A stretch of 64,000 nucleotides of DNA, taken from Catajapyx aquilonaris (Eukaryota). Shown piece after piece: positions 40,021 to 51,908 of the stretch. The position numbers and the translations under genes were made by a program. Under the pieces are notes generated by a model, which did no database searches, was not told the DNA's origin, and saw only the letters and a program-made list of their open reading frames with translations. The first letter of the stretch is position 1; each line of letters begins with the position of its first letter. Location of the stretch: positions 1-64,000 of the forward strand of contig KZ538084.1 of assembly GCA_000934665.2 (NCBI GenBank), read 5' to 3'.

Positions 40021-42861
40021 GGGGGGGGGGGGGGGATTATTTCTTAAAGTTGTGCGTACATCACAGAATAAGCAAGGTGAACCACTCCCATTTACATATT
40101 TGGAAGTATGATGAACAGTTTAAAATTATGGTACATTATGGTCAAATTTTGATATCTAATATTTCCAGGCTCACACATACCATAGGTTTATTGTCATTGT
40201 GGCAAATGCTGCTTTCTGTTTCAGAGTGAGCACTAATTCGATAGTCAGGTCTGATGGCACCGATAATTGATCACCTGTCATTCTTCGACGAGGCAGATGC
40301 TCGTAATAGTTGTCAGGATCACTTACCACGTGCTGACAAACCAACACGTAATAGTTCTCAATATTTGTTACAGTTACACTTTTATTCCGAGGTTGGACGT
40401 AAATAGAATTTTAAAACCTATTCTCATCAGTATTACATCGCATTCTATGAAATCAAAACAAGTTATGCCATACTTTATTTAAGATGTTCGCCACATGGTA
40501 GTCGATAACCACAGAGGGAGATGACTTGATATGGAAGCCCCTCTCATTTAATTTGACCTGTTGGACTATTTGTGTTGGGATGAGCTACATGCACTTTGGT
40601 TTCACATCCCTCCTCTGTGCTGGATTCACAATTATAGTCTGCCAATCAATAGCAGTGAATATTAAAGTGTTTTGGGGGGATTTGCGGATTTTCATCGCAC
40701 ATGCACTGTAGATTGCACGTAACTTCATACCTTTGCAGATTACATTACATTACTCATGTAATCCCAATCTAACAGGTGAAAAATACTGCATTTGGATTGC
40801 AATAATGTTGATTCGTGCCATTTATTACCCATTTTATTTATATCATAAATATGGCAGGTTTGGCTGTGTTATATACTTCTCAATGTGAAATACATTGCAT
40901 AAAAATGATTCATATTTGCAATATTTTGAATATGTAACGCAAAATGATATTTCATAATTAACATCTGTAATTTCTATCTTGATTGGGGAGGATGTATAAT
41001 CAGATGTAATTGAACCCATATAATATGCGATTGTTGCGCCCATATCGAATTAAGGTGAAATAAGGTTCCTGCAGTCAGTGTATGCTCACAATGACCAAAG
41101 TCTAACAAATTGTAACAGCTGTCACCGAACGGGGGTTGAAGTGAATTGGAGTTTATTGGTCCAAAAGCAACAAAGGTCATGCTGCGCTAGGTGTATACAT
41201 TGTAATAAGTTGCTAACTGCACTAAAATACATCACAGCAGGTTGCAATTTCGCCAATTTGGCTAAAATTACTGCTCCTTTCATTACTAATTCATACACAG
41301 CTGAATATTTTGTAGTTACCAGTATTACTCACCTGCCAGAGTTATTTATCACATGCTAAAACATTGTCAGGAAGTTAACCAAAAAGTGAACCAACTTGGT
41401 CGCCAGCACTATATATTCGGAACGTGCCGGAGATCGAAGTTTGCCACAAAAATTGAAACCGGTACAGGCCATATTTCCACCAGGGAATACGCTCCTTGAA
41501 AGCCGAAACTTTTATTTTTCATATATCAAGAAAGAACCACCCACTTCCAGTTCTGGAGCATTCAAAATAATTTATGAGATAAAGCGATAAAACTTGTCAT
41601 TGGCACCTTGTCTATGAAAGGTATCAGAATAAATTCAAACTCCCCCAATAAAAAAGGGTATACTATGTACTATAGGCCAATACCGTCACCGGACCTGGCC
41701 CCAAAACCATACCCGGTTCAAAAGCTGGTCCTTCTGACTGTGTATACGCAGAAGGCGATACCTGATTCCGGGCTTTTGAACAGGCCTAGCTCCGGTGCGG
41801 CACAGGCAACGGGAGAATCCAACCTTTGCTTCACTACCCGTTTTTTTTTTTCGAGCTCAAATGCTGAGGGGCAATCTTTTCTCTTGATGTGTCCTGGGTA
41901 AGATCTCCTCTTGGTCAACGGTATGCTATAAAAAAGGGGGTGGGACAAAAATGGAGTTCTAGAGACCCAATGTGGTGACAGATCAACTCTTTTGGTGGGG
42001 AAACCACTTTTCCTGGGCGACACAATGAGTTGGGGGTAGGGAGGGGGGCTACAAATTGAGAACACTTTTCAAAAATCTTTTGAAATAAAATGGGCTCGTT
42101 TTATAGCATGGGACACCCGGTACTTGTATAGAGGCGATTGAATAGATATGCGGTCGAGTGACGTTTTGGGCCATTTGAAAAATAATCGGGTATGAATATA
42201 GGCCTAGGGTATTGCAATATAACAGTTACGAGAGGCCTGCAATGGAAATGAAGGCCAGATTCCCCAGACTACAATAACATGATCCAGGAAACCGTCTGGG
42301 AATTAAATGGCTGCAATCGGCCATATAGGCCAGTGCTCCACTGTCGATCGCCTGATGATGTACCAGGCGCACACAAAAAAATTATTGAAATGTGTAGATT
42401 GTGTGAAAGCATATGTGTATTTTACTCGCAGTCTGTTATGTGCATTTTTCACATTTGGGAGTATCTGTTGTATTTAGCCCAACTATTCAGTAATGATCAT
42501 GAACCAACATTGTACTGTATACTCAGCGTTGATATACCAAGTACTTGTATAAGGTGCTTAGCACACAATATTGTAAACCCGTTCAAATTGTGCTGTAATG
42601 CTAATAAACTGCTTTTTAAAACTGTTGTACTGCATATACTGGGACTTCCACAACAGACATGCGCTAATTACTCAGTCACATACAAATCATGCAAGTTACC
42701 AAAGACATCGTATACATCACTGGGACACAGCTTTTCAATGCGGTTTACTATACATCAGAGAGTACACGAATGCCCCCATTTCATTCAACATTGTAACGTT
42801 CTGGTGTGAAGGGTGTAGTATAATCACGTCAAGCACTGATTAAATATTGCAAAGTGTGAGC

Positions 42862-42930
<69 letters not shown>
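42862..42930. repeat. (TTA)n microsatellite
   Basis: About 23 perfect TTA units. Confidence 0.98.
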
Positions 42931-45900
42931 GAAGGTGGAGTATTAGTTAAATGAAAAAAAGGGATGCGATGGACCCGATGGTGGGTGAATCCTTGAACGT
43001 GGTGCAGGAGGCGATCGGCCGTGGCGCAGTGGCCCATTACAGTCCATTTAAATCCCTTATCTCGGAACATTGTAGTCTGGGGATCGGGTCCTTCATTTCC
43101 ACAAGAAGGCCCCCGGATTCAGATGGGGTGAGGGAGGGAGGGGGTGTTTGGGCGAGGGAAATGCAAGCCTTACGCACAGAGCCCCATAAAGTCCTTTATG
43201 CCTGCATGAAGACGGTAGGGAAACGCAACCACAGAGCCTCCATTCTCTGCGAACACCATCGCACTTAGCCCCTGGCCAAATGACCCTGTTTACATACAAA
43301 GCGTAATGTGGTCGTTCCTTGCCAAGATTTCAAACGGACTTAGCAAATGGATAATATGGATTAGGCCACTGGCGCATCTCATCCCAATGTTAGATTCGAG
43401 AGTCTGTTGTATTAAGCTTATAACATATTGTGTCTAATCTGATTCACTGGTGGACCAGGTACCAGCCATTGTTTTATTATTTGGTTGTAGCCAAGAGTGA
43501 CTGTGGCGAATAATATATAAGTTGGTGCAATTTCTTAGAAGACACTTTGAAGCTGGGCCAACATATTCCAAAGGATGCAATAAGACCAGCTTTTCTCACT
43601 TTACCCTGGAGCGTATGGTGCAGTCCAAAGGAGCAATATATCCCGGAGTTATTTTCCCAGCGACAGCCAGACCTAAGTAGTTCTCCATGAGGCTTCCTCA
43701 AGTGGGCTAAATTTCTGCTTGGTATCCGGTTAATTAGCGAGAGCGTTACGTGTACCAATCATTAAACTTTCTGTGGCAGTATTAATTTTGCTCCGGTCGA
43801 CGTTTACTGAGTCGCGGGCTTATTAACGACCCAGCCGATGAATCTTGCAACACCAAGAGGCTGAAGCAGAGAGAATAATTCCCTTGCTTGTTCCTAGGTG
43901 GTAATTTTACTGCCACGCGGCAAAACATTTCACATCCCGATCGCAAACCCAAATGAACCTTAAATCCGGCTGGCAGGGGTGGGAAATAATAAAAAAAAAG
44001 CTTACTTTATGACCACCATTCAACCGGTTTAACCAAAGAAGGATTCAGTCTGTGAGCAAGTGTCAAAGCAAACTTTTCAGGGGCAATTTTACGAGGAGCC
44101 GCCATTTTTTTTTCGGGCCTGTTCTTCCCCCAGTTGGGCTTATTGCCACCATTTCCTAATTGGATGGAGCAGTCGTGTGCAATTGTCATGTTTGATCCTG
44201 TTGTCGGGACAGTGTAGAAGCTTCTAAGCTCCTTTCAAATCGTAAACGAGATGAGAGCTGGGTGGCCTTGCCGCCTCGGTTAATCGCCCTTCTAAAAATC
44301 CTGTCAGCTAACATGGCGCTCCGGATTTCACTAATCTACACGCGATTATGTCTAGGCGCGACTCTCTAGTCAGACACATTGATTAGACACGGTTGAATAA
44401 GCCCTTCAAGTTTCTGACTTACTACATACCATTTGGTCACAATTATGAATCCCTGGCATTTTTTTTTTTGAAGGATGTGATTACCTGCTTGACTTTGAAC
44501 CACCGCGTGTGTCGAATCGCCTTTGTTTTTCTTGTTTAATATTATGATCTTTCATAAGCTGGCAATCCCCTAGATTACTAACGGACGATTAGCCAATATT
44601 ATACCGTGCGATAGTGGCATTCACCAACCTATTGTGATTTTTATAGTACGGTGGCAAATGCCTACAAAGTGGGATTTTTCTAATGTAAACACCGAGCCAT
44701 TATGCCAGTGTAGTGTAGATAATAAGGCATTTACACCAATGCATACTGGACAAAGACGTAATATCCAGCCCGAATATTCTGAAAGAGTTGACTCTCCGGA
44801 TATGCGTGACCGATCAAGTTCAGAGAACTTCATCTGAGCTCCAGAATTATGCATGCCCTTATGCAAAGCAAGCAGAAATATCAATGGAGAGAGCAGGGGA
44901 AATTGTGGAGGGGGGTAATTGTGCTACGAAACAGTCACGCATATACTAGGGGGAGTTTCAGTACCGCTTTGAAAATTCGGAGAAATAATAACCTTTCCAC
45001 GGTTACTACCGTTACGATCCGCTTTTGCATGTCATTACAGCTGTGGGTTCATATTTACCTCCTGCATGACTTTGAGGTGCAATCAGATACACCTGTATAT
45101 AGACTGCTCAAATTTTGTGTTATAATCGGTTTGATCTGCATTCTACTATGCTTTTTGAAGTAGGGTGTAGCAGAAAAAAGGGACGCGTAAGCAGGAGCAT
45201 GTTTGGTAGACCGTAGTGTTGTAAATTTATCAACACCCCATTAATTACGTGAGGTCTTTTGTCACTCACAAGCCTGTCCCTAATCAGTACCATGGTATTT
45301 TCCACATGGAAACTACACAGGAAAAGCTGTTTGGTCGGTGCGGCTTGGTCTAACCAAATATATTTTGGAGGCCCCACCACCACCCGCTAAAAAGACACAC
45401 TAGATGGCACCCCCACCCATAACAAGATATCAATAGATGTCACTGATTCCAAATCAAAAACCAAGCTCTTGCTTTCATTTTGGATCCCCATGACCGCTGT
45501 TGCAACATGACAGCAGAAATAAATCTAGCGAGAAAATGGGCACCCCAGGCTGGCTCCCCTGCACCCCTTCCATGTCCCCCCATGTCCCCCGTCGCCTCAT
45601 TGACATGCATCTCCCAGCAGCCAATTCAATTAGTCCAGCTACATATCCACACTCCGCTCTTATTCCAGCCGCCTGCCAACATTGGACCCATTATGATGTA
45701 TGTTGTTCGCCGGGTTGAATTCCCCGCTGGAGACGGGTAGAAATCACCTTGACACTACGCGATATATTGTTGTGTGAGTAATTAAAGTACCGAGTGAGGG
45801 GGGGTTGCAAAGCCGCATTACTGCATTTTGCTTGGTAGAGTCATATTCGGACGTACACAAAGGAACAGATTATTGAATTTCCGTCGGAATATAAGGCTGT

Positions 45901-47037
45901 TGGAAAGAGAGAGGATTACGGAGACTGAACTAACTATAAGAGAATTGGGACGGGTATTTACGGGCATGTTAACGCACGAATGCTTTTAAAGTAATCAACA
46001 ATAACTCATATTTTCCGGTTGTTCGTTTCAGGCACTTGCACGGTGTCGAAGCGAAAGGTTTTAGGCTAGATTCGACGGTACATTTGTAAATCAATGGAAA
46101 TGGGGGGACTAGGATGAAGGATGGCACATTGCATTTTCTGTTGATTGTGGAATGTTCCTAAAGTTTGGTAGGTCACCCCACCGCACTGCATTGCTTCGAC
46201 CTAAAGACTAAAACAACGCCCGTGTGAACCGCTCTATACTGAACGTCATTAGTAGTGCAAAACTACTTGAGTGCACATCAGCGATTTTAGCGTACAGTAT
46301 AGCCCTGGTACCGTGCCACACTCTGCCAAATATTCCGCAGTATTTACGTCTGAATGACTCCAAATGGCGCCCCTACTCCCTCCACCCATACTGCATTGCA
46401 ATATTCTCTTTATGAAATTTCATAGCCCATTACAGAGCATTATAAACCGGGTCGTAATTGTACCAACTTTTTTGGCTTCATTTTTCGGAAAAATAAACTT
46501 TCGGCCGAGCGTGAAACCATAGCGTGGCGGCCCCCAAGTGCAATTGCCATGTAACGACTGGAATTCTTAGAACACATTTGCAGCAGAATAAAGGGGCGGG
46601 GGTGGGGGTTACCTTTTTGAATCATTTTTACATTTTTCCCCCTCCCATTCCTTTTATTTGCCTTATGTGTTACGCACCTGATGGTACAATCGCGGCTGCA
46701 ATTGACTTGATTCTCCAGTTGTGCCGGTCGATTATGACGACAAAATGAGACAAAAAAAATTACAACCCGGGTTTTTCCGTGTTTGCCAATTTAGTTTTTT
46801 GCACTTTTTCAATAACGGACTCGCACAGGTGCGAACGACCTGAAAAGCTTTTGTCAATATAATGAATTACGCAGAATTTACCGCAGCCAGAGGTGGCCTC
46901 GAGTCAGTCTCGGGTCGAAAAAATGACACGACAGTAGTTGATACACGGTGTTTCATAATGACTAATTCACATTCTCCCAGGAGCCTTCAACTGGGTGATG
47001 ACGTGACCCGTGTCGGATATTTTCTTATCTCAAGAGG

Positions 47038-47712
47038 TAGTGAAACCTGCCCATAACGGACCCTGGGTATAGTGGAAACCATACGCCTATCCATTGCGGA
47101 ATTTTTACCGGGAACAGGCATATGCACAGGGCATGCGATGTATTTTTTGACGGATATTACGGAACCTGCGCCCAAAGCGGAAACGGAAGGGATTATTGTC
47201 TCCCTTCAAAGAAAATCCCTGTTCCTAACGGAAATCAAAAAGCTCACATTATCTCCTACGGCTCACAAAAATACAAACTACAGCTGAGTTCCCTATCGGC
47301 CCTCCCAGGAGGCCTCTGAGTAACACTTTTTGGACCGTTCGCGTCAGTTGCTACTGGCCCGTGGCCTTGAAGATAAAGGGTGAGGAAAGGGGGACTATTT
47401 TTGGTTGGGAAACTCTAAAAACGGTTTGTGGGGCTCGCCAAGAAGGTGTTACTCGTGTGATTCGTGTCGGGGAAGAGGAAGGGGGTTGACACGGGTTCAA
47501 CATATTGCCCGAGTCCGGGCTGATGGTCCAATGGAGCAGGCAAAATTTTTGCACCAAATTGAGGTAAGGTGCTTATTTTTTATCTCCCCATTTTCCTCTC
47601 TTTCTCGTGAGCAAAAAAAATCAGTAACGTCCTTGAACTTAATATAGCGGAAACCTGTCCATAATGGAATTTTTGGGGTCTCGTGCGATTCCTCTATACA
47701 CAGGTTTCACTG
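47038..47712. mobile_element. Degenerate pogo/Tigger-like non-autonomous element
   Basis: agtgaaacctg ... caggtttcactg|TA termini with repeated subterminal (t)a(a/g)cggaaacc motifs. Confidence 0.7.
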
Positions 47713-48911
47713 TATAATATGAACCAGCAATTTTTTCCCAAGGAAATGCATAGTCTATATGGGCAATCTTCCGTAATTTATTTACAATTTTTAGGTGCCC
47801 ATCTACGCACTCAGGTCAAAGGTCAAACTGCATTTTATTTGCGATTTTAAAAATTTATGTGATATCTAGAGAGTGTATATTCTTTTGCAAATTATGACTC
47901 CCAATTTTCATCTGCAGAATGAGTAGTTACGTCGATAAAAAAAAAAAGAAGTGAGTATCAGTTGCTGATGGCGTGATGTTTCATTGCGGAATTGTCATTG
48001 CCCGGTGAGTCTGAATGCGCTGAAAAAAAATCACACAATCAGATCTCTCCCTGACATATATATTTCCTATATTTTGTTGAAATTTAACTATAGAGTCGAA
48101 GCTTTAAAAATGTTTGATTTGTCATGGGCTTACTCGACACTATAGGTGAGGGATGGCTGAAGCGTCCGAGAGCCGGTATACCATGCCGACTTGAAGAGGC
48201 ATGTGTATAAAGGTGTGGTGGTGGGTGGGTGGGAACCGGGGCAGAACAGCTGTTCAGGTTCTGACACGGTGTGCATCCAGGCCTGTGGCTTTGGCTGGAA
48301 CAAGGCAGAATTAAAACGCAGCCGCCTGTCACTACCGCCACCCCAATTAGACCTGTCTGCTTGTCTCCCCCACTCTCTACCCCACCCTCTCTTATCCCTA
48401 GTTTTACCTCTNCCCCCCCCCCCCCCCAACAAGCCGCCATTTCTCTCCACAAGGCCCCTCCCAAAAACCCGGATATTGTCTCCCCTGATCCATCAAGCCT
48501 TGTCAAATTTTGATTCTCTCTTTCTCAAACACGCTCACTCTGAACCTTAATTGAGCGTCCGATCACAAACGGTGTTGTATATTATGTTCTCGATCAATTT
48601 TGATGTTGGCAGCCTGAAGTGTGATGGTAGCCATGAACACAGGCTTGTTCAGAAATGTGAGATACATCCACTTTTTTTTCCCAGGGAGCTTTATGCAAAG
48701 TTTGGTTTTAATAATCACGTCCTCGTTATTACATGGCGTATTGTACAAGCGCATAGTGTACATCATTAACAAGGTGTCAATGCTCGGTGAAATCCAATCT
48801 CCCGTTGTGATGTTCTGACAAATAGACACGATATAGACTAATATTTAGTTATATGCATGTCGGGTTATAATGCAGGTAAATGTGGTTATAATTAATTACT
48901 TGAAGGGAATA

Positions 48912-49550
48912 CAAGGGTGTTCCAAATTCGTGGGTCGTATTTCAAATAACTGATATCGTCCGATAGTAGTTATTTTTATGCAGCTTGTTGTGCCCCGAAC
49001 CAGGTTTTCCATTACTCCCAGGGGCAGGGGGTCGAATATACTATAGCAGTAGGTGCCACAACAAGCGACAAAAATAACTATTTTATTCTTATTTTATTTT
49101 GGTACCCCGTGCTAGGGCCCTAGGCCATCTTAGGGGAGTGGAATACCACCATTAGGTGCAGGGGACAGGATAGGGATAATGAGGGGCGGGGGGAAACTGG
49201 TACATGTGCAAGGTCTCAAGTTGGGGGTCGTGTGCAGTCCCTCAGGGGGTCCGTTCGCCAAGATGACCCTATAGTTGCGGGTCAGAAACCCCCTCCGACA
49301 CCGCACCTCCTCATGGACAGGAGAAGGATAGGAAAGGAAGGAAGTGGCTGTGGCCTATTATTTAGGAAGCAATCCCGTGGGAAACCACAGAAAACCCTGG
49401 TCAGGATCGCCTGACTCCGGGATTCGAACCCAGGACCTCCCGATTAGCAGTCGGATACCATATCCACTCCACCACTACTGCTTCGGTGCTACAAAATTAA
49501 CTACTATCGGGCGATATTTTAAAAACAACCCATGAATTTGGAACACCATG
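48912..49550. mobile_element. Tc1/mariner MITE family M1 interrupted by a SINE
   Basis: Both TIRs match 18423-18637; TA flanks. Confidence 0.88.
49081..49487 (-). mobile_element. Chimeric/dimeric SINE (S3 head and domain + S1-derived body and tail)
   Basis: 5' half matches 29240-29420; 3' half matches parts of 1058-1390; A-rich tail; imperfect 16-bp TSD gc(g/t)acaaaa(a/t)taacta (49065-49080, 49488-49503). Confidence 0.88.
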
Positions 49551-50340
49551 TATATGCAACAACATACTGTATATATATACAATTATTCAACCAAATTTGA
49601 AAATTTTCCGTGGCATTTTATGGCACCATTGTGAATGCATCCCGAATGTATAAGATTAGAGGCCTGGCTGAGCATATGCGAGAGTAGTAATTGTGTCGCA
49701 GTGTAAGTTTTTCAAAAAGCCTCATTAAACAGCCTAAAAGTAGTCCCATTCATCATTTGGTTAAGAGTCGGTTGCAGTTCTGGAATTGCATGGAGCATGT
49801 CGTCAAAAAAATTAACCCAATTAAAATGGCCAACTTTTTCGACACGAGCGAGTTTTCATGCATTTCCATACTCGTGAATGATCCTAAAAATTGTCCCTCT
49901 TTCCCTCTCCCTGCCGCTGGTGCAAGCCTATACAAATGGAAATGATGAAGCTACATTGCAGGATTAATTACTAGAACAAGCGGGCCGCATTTACATTTTA
50001 ATTAAGGTCAATTGCAAACCTCCCCAGTTGTTACCATATTATATTCAAAAGAAGGAGATATTCATCAATAATTCACTCGAATTCACTTCCTATTTCGATA
50101 TATCGAATATCGATTTGTACGATTTTTCTGATATTCTCGCTTGTCTGAACGATATCCTGGTGTGAACCCAGCTTATGTCGTTAGGTAGGCTGCATGACGT
50201 GTCCAGTAGCCATCATGCCTGCTGCTTTTGTCTAGTAACTATGATTTATCAGCATTGCTCCCCTTCCCTGGTTCACTAAGGATGGCTGTCAGGAAGAAGG
50301 GACTCAGAAGGGGGGGGGGGGGACTTTTCCATATTGGTTC

Positions 50341-50681
50341 NNNNNNNNNNNNNNNNNNNNNNNNNNNNNNNNNNNNNNNNNNNNNNNNNNNNNNNNNNNN
50401 NNNNNNNNNNNNNNNNNNNNNNNNNNNNNNNNNNNNNNNNNNNNNNNNNNNNNNNNNNNNNNNNNNNNNNNNNNNNNNNNNNNNNNNNNNNNNNNNNNNN
50501 NNNNNNNNNNNNNNNNNNNNNNNNNNNNNNNNNNNNNNNNNNNNNNNNNNNNNNNNNNNNNNNNNNNNNNNNNNNNNNNNNNNNNNNNNNNNNNNNNNNN
50601 NNNNNNNNNNNNNNNNNNNNNNNNNNNNNNNNNNNNNNNNNNNNNNNNNNNNNNNNNNNNNNNNNNNNNNNNNNNNNNNNN
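50341..50681. other. Assembly gap flanked by poly-G runs
   Basis: 341 N; G runs at 50309-50322 and 50682-50699. Confidence 0.99.
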
Positions 50682-51724
50682 NGGGGGGGGGGGGGGGGGT
50701 GGACTAGTATTGTTGCGCCAACTGGTGTGTCGGAAACACAGGGTACGACTTGTTGTAATGGCACTGCCTCTTGACACATATACAATAATCCTCTCCGCAT
50801 TACAACTTCCTGGTTACAAATCAAAAAAATATCGATTCGGACCCACATGCGGCACAACTGTTTTCCGCTTCATGTCCAGTAAGGGGTGCTCTCGAATATT
50901 ATTACAAAAATACACCGGATTCCACTTTCCCATTGTCTACACTTTTGCAGGGTTTGTTACACACAAAAAACTAGGAAATAACATCTTGCGCATATTTTTT
51001 GAAAATAATATTGGAAGCCAGAGGATGCTAACAATAACTTCATTATTTCTAGCTAGACCAGGAATAATGACTCAAAAATGTCGATTTTTTAAAAATGTAT
51101 GTGGGACTGGAAAATAATTTATGCATTGGCAAGGGTGAAGATATCATGGTATGTCGATGAGCAGGATGATGTATCGGTACTGTATGTGAGGTGACCAGAG
51201 AACATAATTATTATTATATCCTATGAATGGAATGGACCCGAGAGTATCATTATCATACAGGGTATATCATTATCAGCAAATACTTTCTTTCTAAAACTTT
51301 TAACTAATTGAAGTTTCCGTAGTAGGACCTACATAGCGAATTGTGGAGGATTAAGTGGATATTAGAAATTTTAGAGGTTATATAATATTAGCTTGTTGTA
51401 TGATTGAATTAGGTTAAGTCGTTACGATATTGAGAGTGACCCACTGGTACTTCCAAGGCTTGAACCATTCTCGCTGTAATATTCAACTTAACATTAGTAG
51501 CTAATATTTTGAAAAATGAAAGTGGCTACAGTGCTTGATTGAGTATAAGCAGTTTATATAGAAAAATCGCTAGCTGTACGGGGATACGGACACGTCACTT
51601 ATAACACCATTAGCTGTAGCCGGATAAACAGTGGTCCTATTGAATATTCAGTTTCAATTAGTGATTTTCTACTTTAGTTTGCTGTTACTTCTTTAGTTAT
51701 TTTCAGAATTCACTTATTTATCTA

Positions 51725-51908
51725 CAGGGTGCCCAGAAGTCTGGAACCATAGGAGTTTCCTATTACAGTGTTGTAGTGTATGGTTACTATGGTACAGACT
51801 GTACAGTACATATTGTTACATACATACATACTATACATGATAACCATATACTACAGTACAACAATGTAATAGGAAACTGCTATGGTTCCAGACTTGAGGG
51901 ACACCCTG
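51725..51908. mobile_element. Tc1/mariner-type MITE family M3
   Basis: TA|cagggtgcccagaagtctggaaccataggagtttcctattaca ... tgtaataggaaactgctatggttccagacttgagggacaccctg|TA. Confidence 0.88.

Noticed and set aside
2158..45160. Apparent dispersed family of decayed coding segments on the + strand (e.g. 5650-6230, 7560-7990, 14790-15450, 21104-21385, 26690-27260, 33387-33990, 37300-37880, 44634-44837), with motif-like resemblance to each other and in turn to PHR domains, rhabdovirus matrix protein or ionotropic receptors
   Set aside because: Matches were short blocks needing gaps and frameshifts. Three unrelated families fitted about equally well, and opposite-strand ORFs gave similar matches. Hand-scored alignments were at noise level. 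A frameshift-aware profile search and self-tBLASTx would settle it.
49230..49310. Possible HDV-like or hammerhead ribozyme in the SINE body (ctgaccc...ggcgaa)
   Set aside because: Only nested hairpins; the pseudoknot and catalytic core could not be built.
50228..50857. ORFs spanning the N gap
   Set aside because: Artefacts of translating Ns.
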